From NCBI RefSeq assembly GCF_009914755.1, contig NC_060947.1: 64,000 nt of DNA. One strand, 5' to 3'. The notes below the pieces were generated by a model. That model searched no databases. It was not told the DNA's origin and worked only from the letters and a program-made list of their open reading frames with translations. Of the stretch, positions 12,936 to 25,220 are shown in pieces. The stretch comes from the human T2T-CHM13v2.0 reference genome, Homo sapiens. The first letter of the stretch is position 1. Each line of letters opens with the position of its first letter. The position numbers and the translations under genes are program-made.

Positions 12936-15900
12936 GAACGTATGCTCATGCTTGCTGCGCAAAGCTCCCCAGTACACGATACAGGAAAGTCGATGGATAC
13001 TATTTTTACAAAAGGACGACGACAAATATCACTTTCCTGGGATCGTCCGTTTTGGGTTATCTGCAGAGGGCAATGTGGGGCATGAACCACTGTGGCTGGG
13101 ACTGGATTGGAGGTTGGTGTACAAGTTGGCAGATTTCTAGAGAGGATGCTCTCAGCTCTTCCAGGCGAACAGTTGGAAGGATCCCATTCCCTTAAAGACA
13201 GGATTCCTTAAATGATGATGGCCAGCTTCCCTGGTTGTAAGTGTACCTCCTTCATATCACAGTTTAGAAGTACACTAGTGAATAAATGTCCATTTGTATA
13301 TGAGAAGCAAATTGTGTTCAATGTTTCTGAGTTTAAAAAGAAAAAAAGTATACTCAAGATTATCTGACTTTTTAAACGCCTGTGAATTAGTCTTCTAGTG
13401 TTTATTCCATCTCCAGTTTGGTAACATCTCAGGAAAGCACAGATTTGGCACAAAAATCACCATCACGTGGTTAAAAGGAGCAAAGGATTTTGTTGTAAAA
13501 CAGCACTACTGCTTATTATTTTGCAAAAATAAAATAAAAAACCAACAACTTTCTCAAAATGAACTTTAAATCATAAAATCTCTGGGTCTGTGAACTAAAA
13601 CTGTAACAGTTTGCCACATCTGTTGTAAAATCCAAATTGCCATGTATAGTTGAATGATACTGACAACTTGTAGGCAAACTGTTGCTTACTGCTGCAATAA
13701 GATAATGCTGCAGAACTTACAAGGGAAGCTTTTTCCTTCTTCTTTTTTTTCTTCAATTGAGCAGTGTTTTTCTGTGTTCAAGCAATTAAACAGAAAACTA
13801 TTTATGTGAGAACTCCTACCTGATTCATATTTAGGGCTTACAAAGCTGGTTTATTATATCAGCTTTTCTTAAGGAAGATAGATGGCCTGAAAACACAAAG
13901 GATAACAGCTCCCTCAATAAAACAGGCAATTATGGATTGTAAGAGTAAAAAGACAATTTTATTTCGACTACAAAGCATTTTATTAGTACACAAACTAAAA
14001 AGGTTACAAGGGACTTCAGATAGTGGCCATCTAATTCATTTGTTGCCATCCAAAAACACTCAAACATTTAAATAATTGCAGACATGAAAACCTATTCTCT
14101 TATTAACTCTCTCTCTTTATCAGTCTCTCATCTCTCCATCCCTGTTCTTTCTCTCTTCCCCCTCTCCCATCTCTAAAAATGCCCATTCTTAAAGTGGAAC
14201 AATTATTACACTTAGGAAATTCTTCCTTCCTCAATTAATTTGCACATTCTTGAGAAAAACCTATGACCATGATTTTCAAATAAATAGATTAGTATTTTAA
14301 TATGATTTTGATACTTTTCTCTATAAATGGAAACTTTTCCTAATTTTTATTAGAGCTACTTACTAAAAAAAAAAATCCAGAGGCAGGTGATCTTGTAATA
14401 TTTTTGGACCCTGTTATACCATGTATTTTTAGGTTATTATTTTATCTAATTAGCTTTTATTTACTGCTTATCACAGCAATAGTAACTTTTCATGTGTGTG
14501 AATTGCTTTTGTGTATGTGTGTGTATAAAGGTGATAGAGAAATATTAAATATGTAGGAAGAAATAGATCTGTGATGTGATTCATGTGGCTTCTATTGCAT
14601 TTTCTTTTCTTTACGGGTATTTGGTTTATTATATTCATATTTTAAAACTGTGTTACAAGTATTGCAATTTTATTAATTGTAAAAATTTATGAAGTATATT
14701 CTATGAATGCAATCCATCAGTGAAGATGAGGAAAACTACTAGAAACACACCTAAATTGCAATTTTAGATAGAAGACAACCACAATTTCCGGGAAAAATCT
14801 AATTAATTATAAAATGATATCAACAAATTTTGCTGATTCGAAGTGCCCTCCTAACCACATTATTAAAATTACAAAATATAATAATGCATTTAATAAATGC
14901 TTTATGATGTTAGGTAAGATTATTTACAGAAATGTATACTTTAAGTTACTCCCAAAATCTGAATTTTTAAAGAAAATTGCAAAATTTTTAGATCAACATT
15001 ATTTCTGTGACTTTTCTACTCAGTGAAAAGAAAGGTAAGGGATGTAAACAGGAAAGAGGTCCAAGAGAGACAAAGTAAGGTAGATGAGACTCGAGGCCAG
15101 TGAGAGAGTAGAAATGCAGGAAAAGAGCAGAGTGATGCCTTGAGACAGAGTGAAAGATGGAACAGAAGAGCTTATAGAGATGCCCCAAGATGAGTGATGT
15201 ACCAATGGAGATCTGGCTAAAGAGGATTGTCCTTCAGGACTCATGACTTCTTAGTGCTTCTAGCTAAGAGCAGGGAGGGAAGTGCAAGGAAAAAGTAAAT
15301 GTTTAGCGAATAGAAACTCTTAAACACTATTCTTATTTCAAAGAAGAGATTCATCTTCATCGCTTGATGGATAAATGTTCATAATATGTTGTTGAATGGA
15401 AGGCCTATTTGTAATGGTGTCATTGGCAATTTTCTCTTTCTGTATAATAAACATTTCTTCCCCTCTCTGTTGAGTATGTGGGGAAGAGTACAAGTCCTGA
15501 CTTAGAGCATTTGGAATGCTTTCTGTGCTATCCCAGAAAACACAAAGTGGACTGTTTTCAAATTGTTCATTTTCAAAGACCTTAAGGTATTGCCACTAAG
15601 TGACATTTTGATTTGCTTCAGTGCCCATTATGTGCACTGAAGAAAAATGAATGAGTAAAATATATACATAATTGTTTCTTTGATAGTACTGAAAGTCACA
15701 GCAAGAACTACCAGTGCCTTTTATTAACTATTTTGTTGTTAGCCAATTATAAAAATATTCAGTTGTCTTCCTGGAAAATAAGTTAAGAAATAATATCTGC
15801 TTCAACTGCTAGAGAGGTAGTAAGATTAAAACTCTTGACCATTCATTGTTCTGTTCGACAAGTCAAGGTTTACATCACTGTAATTTCAAAGAACTGTACA

Positions 15901-18900
15901 ACATTTTTCCTTCATGACTGTTAACTTCCAAAATTAATTATAAGGATATGATTTTGAGGATTATTTTTTAAATGATGATAAAAATAATCAACACTAAATG
16001 GGAAAAATTACTATACTGTTTTGGATTTTGTTTTTTGCAGATAAAGCACTGTGATTTCTGTTTAATATTTTGTGCAAGAAAACTTAGAGTTTTTAATACC
16101 AGAGAGAACAGGCAGGTTTAGAAAGTAAATGTTGACAATTTTCACTCTTATGCAATAGATTTTTCTTACTAAATTCTCCTAAGTTTAATGAAGCAGTAAA
16201 ATAGTAAATTAAAAATTGTTTTTCCTAAATATGAAAATTACTAAACAATCAATAAATTTTAGTGTTTCTCTTTTTACCTACCTATCAACATAAAAGTAAA
16301 ATATTGTCAGATTTCATGACCAGCATTTAATTTTGTTTGAGGACCAACTGATTAATGTTATTCGGTCATTTAGAGTTAAATGGGTGCTTGAAGAAACAAG
16401 AAAGTATGATTAAGAAAATATTTTAGTAATGCATTTGGAGACATGATTCAACATATATTCAAACAAATAGAATTCAGTTTTTAAAGTAAAATTTCCAATT
16501 GTGGTTTCTTGTTATTTTGATAGTATATAAACAGAACATAAATATGGTTTTATATTAAAGAGATTTTTAATATCAAAGCACATTTTACAACATTTTAAAA
16601 CTATTTTCAAATACTAGAAATATGGTTATTATGAGCGCTCAATGAGTTTGGCTTTGTAGTCACACTTGATGAGTACTTTATAGTTCATGATCCATACAGA
16701 GTAGCATAATTTACTTTGAAAATTTATGTTTTACATTTACAGTTAGGCAATGTCAAATTTTTGCAGAACTTGAATCACTTTCCTGAGTTAATATTTTGTA
16801 TGGCTTACATTTTCAGTAATGATAAAAACATTTTAGAAAAGAATCTGTGTAGTAAATGCACATTTTATTCTATAGGACAATGAAGAGATAGTCATATTGT
16901 CTGTTAAAAGCAGCCACATGGTCAACAATGCTCTGTCCTTTATGAGAAGAATGATGTCAGGATTATAATTAAAGCAATTATAATTATATGCCAATGCATA
17001 GACTTTCCATGTTTACATTCATTTTAAATATACGCTTCTGAATAACCAACAGTTTTGTATTTAACTACTTTAGCTGGTATTCATATGTGCCTCACTCATT
17101 TATTAGGTGATGGTTACTACATTAAAGAAATGATCCATGACATGATGCAGTATATCTTTGGATTTTTATGTATCATATTATCCTCAATGTATAGCACATG
17201 AATGTCAATAAATAATTAGGACATGATGGTCTTCAGACATTAATGTTTTATATGGTTTTACACAGGAAATACCTAGTTCCTATAGAAGATATCAAGTCTG
17301 AATTATTTGATGCTTTCTTAGGTAACCTTATTTTGTCTTAATGAAATTCATAGATGTCTTTAACATGCTTCTAGCAGACAAATATAATTGTGAAAAGCCT
17401 AATCACAACATGTTATATTTCAGTTGGGAATCTAGCTATCCAGTGGCACTTTATCTTATGCATTTAGAGATACAAATGATTTGGGGTTATCTACTCTATA
17501 CATTTTAAATATGTATTAAAACCATCCTAATTGATCCAAAACTGAAAATATTATGTTTTTGTGAAAAAGACATCAAACCTTTCCCTCAAAGCAAAACAAT
17601 TAGGTATTAATGATATTCTTGTTGTATATTCAAAAAGCCTTTGGTTGCATTTATTTCCTCCTTTTCTTCCCTTTCACCATCTCAACCTGCAAAACTCTTC
17701 ACTGTCACTTCAGATCACACAATTCTAAAAAGATAAAACAACATTTAAACACATTTGCTTTGGACGGGAAATTGAGCATTTGTACCCAATAAGCCTGATT
17801 GTGGAACTGCATGCAAATTGTGTTTTGATTTATCTCTTTTACACTTTTTTCCATTTGAATTGATCTTGCATTAATTTCACCAAGCGGCTCTGTGAGGCTG
17901 CAGATGTTGCCCTGTGTTTAATAAATCAATGAGACAGATCTGAATGAATCACTTCAGATGGATTCTCTGCTCGGTTTGATGTCTAGATGTTATTCTTAGC
18001 TTGTTATCATGACAGATGCATTAATGTTCCCATACACTGCCAGCAATGTCAAAGAGATTGAAGCTTTTAAAGTGGCGGCATCCCTTTTTCCATTTTCTGC
18101 TAGAACAACTAAATTTATTTTATTTGAGAATCAGAGAAAAATACCAAATCAATCTTAAGATTTTTCATGGGAAAGAGTCTCAATACTCATGCTATATTGT
18201 GAACTATTCCAAAATGGTGGAGATCAACATATTAAAGCCTAAATATAGTGTAGCTGCTTAATAGTGCCTCTACATTAATATTTAATCATAGGAGGAAAAA
18301 TGAGAATTAGTAATATATGATTGGGACACATTGAAAGTGTCACTATAAATAGAATAATACTGTATCCAAATTGATTACAGAAGGGTGTTAGTTTTTAAAT
18401 CCTTACTAATAAGCTTTTTGTTGGCTTAATGCAGCTGCAATATACTCTTATGAAGGGATTTAGAACCCCTTCAGGATTTAATATTTTTTTTAGTAGAAAG
18501 GAGACAGCCTGTCCATTGTGTATTCATCATTTATTCACTTGGTAATGCTGAAAATCCCAGGAAAATTTATTTCATTTTAATATATTTATATTCTTGCTAA
18601 TTATTTGTAAGTCATAAATTATCCAGTAGCAATAAATGCTTTTATAGTTTAATTTCTTAAACTACAGAAACGCATATGGTCACCAAAAGGAACTTTGATA
18701 TAACGCTAGTGAAATTTATTACTTACCTGCATTAAATATCATAACTACCGTACTTCATTTCATTTAACCCATGGCTTTGTTTCCTTGATTCTGAGAGAGA
18801 AACAATGCTGTCAATTGATGTGAAATATTTTGAATTTAATATTGTAGGTGATATAACTTTTCAGTTAGTCTGATATTTGAAAATGCAAATTTTAAAAAGG

Positions 18901-21513
18901 AGGTTCAAATTTTCTCTTATTCAGCTTTCTGAAGAATATATATTTTAAAAATCAGTTTTTAGATGTAGATCCTCTTTGAAAGCCTACACAGTATTCCTTA
19001 ATCATAATTTTATTCCTACCTTTATTAGAATAGGAAAACAGTAAACACCGTTAAATGATACTATTTAGATCTCAAATTCAGGAAAAATTGTATCTCCAGT
19101 GGTTAGGCTAATGTTGGATGTTTATGATATGTATACTATTACCTATGGTAGAGTTTAAAGAAAAGTTGAAAATGAACTTCAATAAATTATGGAAAATAGT
19201 TAACTTTTTTTCAATTTTTCTTTAAAATGTGTAAATGCCTTTATGGTGGTATCTCACCACATCCTTCTTCAACACTAAATTTGTATGTTAAAATTGGTGA
19301 AAATATTATACTGAGACTGTGAATTTAAGAAGTAACACAAATTGTTTTATGCAAAATTGAATATGTTTTAAGAAAAAGATATCTTTATCAATACCTATCA
19401 TGGTATCCTTAAAAAAGAACTGAATTTGTTACATAAAACAAAACCTTGGGTTTTTAATAATAATTTCTGAGGAGTCATTTTTAACTCCAGTAACGTTCTT
19501 TGAAAAGGTTCATTAAGCCTAATGTTCTGTGTATATTAGACATTTAATTCACATTTGTTGAATGAATACAACTATGCATACACATATACACACGTTTATT
19601 CCTCTTATTAGAATTCTTTGCAGTATATGACGTTCCTTAACAAAAGGTAAGAAATAGTTAAAGTATGCAGTTATTGAAGATATACTAATCCTGAAATTTT
19701 AAATCCAATATAAAACAATTTGTAATCATGCCATAAACCTTTCACAAATACACATGTAAAGGTATCAAAATCTAATATATGAACTTAGAATATTTGAAAT
19801 GAAGTATATCTTCAAAGCAAGTATGACTTCTTGATATTTCCCTTAGGTGAAAACCCAGTAGAGATGCTCAAATATTATGAAAAGGCAATAATTAATGAAT
19901 AAAGTGAGCCTAAGACCATAAAATGATTATTGGTGATTTAGATTTATACTACTTGATATGAACACTAACCCTTGTGGCAGTTGACTTGTGATCCTGTTTT
20001 CAAACAGTAAATGCATGTGTATTCAAAATGAGTTGGTAAAAGGAGGGTTTTCCTCCCTTCTTTCTAGTCTGTGAATAGAATACAAATACATGTTAAAAAG
20101 AATGATTTGATTTTTTTCCTGAATAATCTTAAGGCCCAATCCAATGAAACTCAAATTTGCATGAAGTATCCTCCTCACCACCCATTTAAAAGAATAACTT
20201 AGTTCTTTCAGGTGTAATTAATTTTGAAGAGTAAAATTTCCTTTAATCTAGGAACCCTGAAGTTGAAACTACTCGTATCTGTGTACTATTTTGACCCATC
20301 ACAATTACTTTGTTTATTAGAGCAAATTGTGGTGGAAACTTTGTAATTATACTACTGGAAAAAGTATATGGTACAGGAAAGTTAAAAAATAATAAGCCAC
20401 AGTATTTTTATTGCTATATAATATTTTTATTTTTAAACAAATTGACTGTTTAATGGTGTGTAATGTAGTGTGTATACAAAGGTATATAGCATTCGATTGC
20501 AATTGTGTACAATGATCTTATCAGGTTGCTGGCAACTACTAGCTAGTAACAGCATTTGGGCTACATTTAGTCTATCTGCTATTTATGTGATGGGTTAAAA
20601 AGAAAAAAGTAATATTGATCTGTCGCCGGATTAAAGTTTGAAATGGGCAACAGCCTGAACACAAAAGCCTTTTTTTTATGATTTCTCAGCTTGCCATTGA
20701 TCTAGTTTTATTGCATTCATTATTTATTAAAAGAATTTGCAAGCTAAACATAACGTTAAGCTAGTTTGCACACAGGGACCGCACTTAGGAAATTGAATGG
20801 AAATTGCATTAGAGATGAACATCTGTGCTATTTTTCCACTCATGTGTTTATGGGTTTGTATAAAAGGTGTATTGGATTAACAGTTATAACCATTATAGCT
20901 TACAGCAATATGTTAGTTTCTGAGCTTTCAGTTATTTTGAGAGAAGTCTATCTCTCATGTTTGTCTAAAAAGTATAGTACTATCATCACAAACAATATTA
21001 ATTATGTATTTATTTTTACGAACAGTATTTAGAAAAATTTATTTTTATTATCATATTGTTAATGCATTATGTATGTTATGTATACATTATGAGATATCCT
21101 GCTATACTGAAGTAAAAACATTTTGAAAACATATGTAATTATCATATAAGACTATACTATCTCTTAATGGCCTTTGGTAGCAGGGTATATAGGTGCAATT
21201 ACAGAGCACCTATTTTAAGAATCTTGAGTTTAATGCCATATTAAAGCATACTAAATTCACAGAAACTATATAAAAACTTTAATATGATAAAAAAGATCAT
21301 CCATAAAATATTATATATGTAGTCAAAGCCTTGATCATTCTAAAATGATAGTAAATGCGCAGACACTGAAGACTTGCTCTATATAACACTACTGATGATA
21401 AGATGGGATGCATTATGATATGGTTCCCCTTTTGGGTTCAATCCAAGGAAGTTTAATTACCAAACCGCAAGTTGACCTCCCCAGAGGACATAAGTTAGAC
21501 GTCAGTGAGTATG

Positions 21514-21600
21514 GGTTTTTTTTGTGTATGTGTGTTTTGTTTTTGTTTTTGTTTGGGACAAGGTCTGGCTCTGTCACCCAGGCAGGAGTGCAGTGGCAAC
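21514..21600 (-). mobile_element. Extremely 5'-truncated Alu (last ~42 bp plus tail)
   Basis: GGGACAAGGTCTGGCTCTGTCACCCAGGCAGGAGTGCAGTGGC after a degenerate T tail; TSD CAGTGAGTATG at 21503-21513 and 21601-21611. Confidence 0.85.
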
Positions 21601-21742
21601 CAGTGAGTATGTCTTTTGCTGTATTGTCTTTAAGCTGTAGACATTTGGAAAATTCATGTCTATCTATTTAATTATTGGAATTTAAATAAAAACTTCTTCA
21701 CAACCATTTTGATCGCTCATGATTAGATTTGTTATGATAGCC

Positions 21743-21773
<31 letters not shown>
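21743..21773. repeat. (TG)n microsatellite
   Basis: TGTGCG(TG)12T. Confidence 0.95.
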
Positions 21774-21885
21774 CTATCCAGTACTTATTAAGGGTATTCT
21801 TTGTGGTGCCAGGCAGTGGTCTAGGTGCTAGGTGCTGTGAACGAAATGAACAAAACGGTCTGTTCTTTCATGGACCATACAGACT
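21774..21885 (-). mobile_element. L2 3'-end fragment
   Basis: TACTTATTAAG...GTGCCAGGCA.TG.TCTAGGTGCTAGG...ATGAACAAAAC. Confidence 0.65.
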
Positions 21886-22831
21886 ACCATCATCCTATCA
21901 TTAGCTTGGGGTGTATAAGCTGTATTATCCCTCCTAGTATATTTACTAAATTATGAAATATTTGAGATTACAAAATTTTGCCACATCTATTATTGAATAA
22001 TCCTTAAATTTCCTTTCCTATATCTGCCTCATGCATTATATCAGTAAACATTAGACTTTTTTCAGTCTTCGGAATTATACCAGAAAAGTCCAACTAAAAA
22101 TAGTTATTAAGATACAAAACAAGGTATTTTAGTTTTATGAGTGCAGAAAGTGTTCTTATCTTATAAAGTACACATAAAAAGGAGCATGAAATAAAACATG
22201 TATTTCCACTTAAGAATGACCATAGTTAATTGACCTTAGTAACTTTTTATGATATATATTTGTTAAAAGGGATATGAATTCTTAAAATTCATAAAGTTAA
22301 TCAATCCATGAGACACACGTTTTTGTTATAAAACATGCAACTGTGGATTTTTAAAAAAATTATGTTAAAAAGCTTGCTTTGATTTGTGTTAAGAGTTTTA
22401 AACTAGTAAGATCCTCAATCTTAGAGCATCATTTGCTTTGCATGTGGTCCTATACAATATTATGCCAAAAATTAAAACAGAGATGAGAGTTGTTTATTTT
22501 TGTTCATCCAGAGTACATTGACCCTTAAATATGTTATATTTAAATGTAAATAACTTTACAAAACCAGATTATTTGCAAACATGTATAATTAAATGTTTAA
22601 TGTTACTGTTAAGCTTGCTGCTTTGAAAATATCCTGTAATCTGCTAAACTTCTAAATTTATTTTGTAGAAAAATCTGTGAGTTCCCTCTAGGTTTTTATC
22701 TGAGGTATGCAAAAGGGGAATTTGTTCATAGAAAAAAAATTACTCCATAGTACATTTTATGCAAAGCATACAATCTTTAGGTCTCACTTTATAAGCCAAT
22801 TAGCATATTCACTTTAAACATGATATTTTCC

Positions 22832-22910
22832 AATTCAATTCATTTCAACAAATATTTAGTAAGCACCTACTATGTGCAAGGCTCCTTATCAGGGGAAGTG
22901 GTGATACTAA
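22832..22910 (-). mobile_element. L2 3'-end fragment
   Basis: ATTCATTTCAACAAATATTTAGTAAGCACCTACTATGTGCAAGGC. Confidence 0.7.
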
Positions 22911-23137
22911 GAACTTGCCACATTCTTATTGTCTCATCTCCAGATTATCTAGGTTGAGTTTTATTGTTTCATGGTTAACTCTCAGCTAACCTACATTAGT
23001 GGAAGGAAGAGTAAACAATACATATAATTCAAAAACGTGGAAAATTAAAATAACATTGATTTGGCTTTGCAGTGCATTATAAAATGTTCTCAGCATATTT
23101 ACCTGTCTAAATATATTTTACTTATTCTAATATTAAA

Positions 23138-24584
23138 TTTTATTTACTTTTTTCTGATTAAACTCTCTTTTAATGGGTCTACAAAATTGTGTGACAGATT
23201 TTGATCAAGTTGTTTCCATTAAAAAGTACTGATTTTAAAAACTAATAACTTAAAACTGCCACATGTAAAAAAAAAAACAAAAAAAACAAAGTGTTCCACA
23301 AAACATTCTGCCTTCCTTCTAAAGATTTTACAATGCATTGTTATCATTAACCAGTCTTTTACTATTAAACTTAAATGGCCCATTGAAACAAACAGTTCAA
23401 AGATTCTTCTTCCACCACTGATTAAGACTAGGGTGGGAGGTATTAGGGATAATATTCATTTAGCCTTCTGAGCTTTCTGGGCAGACTTGGTGACCTTGCC
23501 AGCTCCAGCAGCCTTCTGATCCACTGCCTTGATGACACCCACAGCAACTGTCTGTCTCATATCACAAACACCAAAGTGACCCAGAGGAGGATAGTCTGAG
23601 AAGCTCTCAATACACATGAGGTTGCCAGGAACCATATCAATGATGGCAGCATCACCGGACTTCAAGAATTTAGAGCCATCTTCCAGCTTCTTACCAGAAC
23701 GGTGATCAATCTTTTCCTTCAGTACAGCAAACTTGCATGCAGTGTGAGCCATGTGGCAATCCAGTACAGGAGTATAGCCAGCACTGATTTGGCCTGGATG
23801 GTTCAGGATGATCACCTGAGCAGTGATGCCGGCTGCTTTCATTGGTGGGCCATTTTTGCTGTCACCAGCAATGTTGCCACAACGAACATCCTTGACAGAC
23901 ACATTCTTGATATTGAAGCCCTCATTGTTCCCAGGAATAAAGCTTTATTTCATTTCACTCGAAGCTTTATTTTATTTCACTCAAAGCTTCCTGGTGCATT
24001 TCAACAGACTTTATTTCAGTTGTAACATCGACTGCAGCAAAGGAGACCACCATACCGGGTTTGAGAACACCAGTCTTCACTTGACCACCAAGTACAGTAC
24101 CAATGCCACCAATTTTGTGGACATCCTGGAGAGGCAGGCGCAAGGGCTTGTCAGTTGGACCAGATGGTGGTAGGATGTAGTCCAGAGCCTCAAGCAGCGT
24201 GGTTCCACTGGCATTGCCATCTTTACAGGTGACTTTCCATCCCTTGAACGAAGGCACGTTAGCAGTTGCCTCCAGCATGTTGTCATCATTCCAACCAGAA
24301 ATTGGCACAAATGCTACTGTGTTGGGGTTGTAGCCAATTTTCTTAATGTAAGTGCTGACTTCCTTAACGATTTCCTCATATCTCTTCTGGCTGCAGGGTG
24401 GCTCAGTGGAATCCATTTTGTTAACACCAACAATTAGTTGTTTCACATCCAGTGTGTAAGCCAGAAGGGCATGCTCACTGGTCTGCCCATTCTTGGAGAT
24501 ACCAGCTTCAAATTCACCAACACCAGCAGCAACAATCAGGACAGCACAGTCAACCTGAGATGTCCCTGTAATCACGTTCTTAAT
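23138..24584 (-). pseudogene. EEF1A1 processed pseudogene, 5'-truncated and frameshifted (possibly the annotated EEF1A1P29; number from memory, unverified)
   Basis: Intronless eEF1A1 from ~[10 protein letters not shown] (about codon 99) to [11 protein letters not shown] (23456-23458). It has the EEF1A1 3' UTR with ATTAAA (~23168-23174) and a poly(A) remnant. The P-loop half of the G domain is missing, and a net 34-bp insertion at 23937-23982 shifts the frame. Confidence 0.96.
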
Positions 24585-25143
24585 GGATACAGTAGTCATT
24601 ACAGGTGTTAGCAGATCAAAACCTGGCAAATTACATGAGGCCAGTTACTGACTTTAACACACCTTCCTGTGTTCAGAACCCCTAAATAACCATCTTCCTT
24701 CAGTTAAATAAAAATTTCTTGACACCAGAGGAATTATAGCTTTGGATTAGAATGCATTGATGAGTATAACTCTAAATCAGATTTTTGTGAAGCGTTTCTA
24801 CTCTGTGAAGAGAATAATTAATTGATTTTCAGCTTGCAATTAAGAAAAGGAACATTATATAGTCTTGATGCTGATTATATCCTGTCAAGAGCAGTCATTT
24901 TCATGATGGGCACATATAGAACATTGTGACCTCTAAAGAGAGTAGTAACTGCTCCAGTGTTTAATTGGTATACGTACATTTGATATAGCCACATTCTTAA
25001 ATTTGCAGTTCTTTTGCGTTGTTCCTTGTCATGCTAGAGGACTGACAGGTTTTTGTTATTTTAGGGGCATGTTCTTTTTTGTAAAGTCGTATGATGTTTA
25101 CATAATCCCTATTCTGCCACAATCTAAAGCTTTTATTATTCTT

Positions 25144-25220
25144 CCTTGTTTTAAAGTGAAAGCAAGTTTATCAAGAAAGTAAAGGAATAAAGGAATGACT
25201 ACTCCATAGGCAGAGCAGCC
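25144..25220 (-). mobile_element. Retroposed ERV1 LTR R-region fragment (MER41/LTR10-like)
   Basis: Minus strand GGCTGCTCTGCCTATGGAGTAGTCATTCCTTTATTCCTTTACTTTCTTGATAAACTTGCTTTCACTTT + AAAACAAGG; 19-bp TSD TAAAGCTTT(T/C)ATTATTCTT at 25125-25143 and 25221-25239. Confidence 0.8.

Noticed and set aside
23967-24629. 220-aa and 148-aa eEF1A-like ORFs as a functional gene
   Set aside because: 5'-truncated (no P-loop), frameshifted, non-ATG starts, many substitutions at conserved residues
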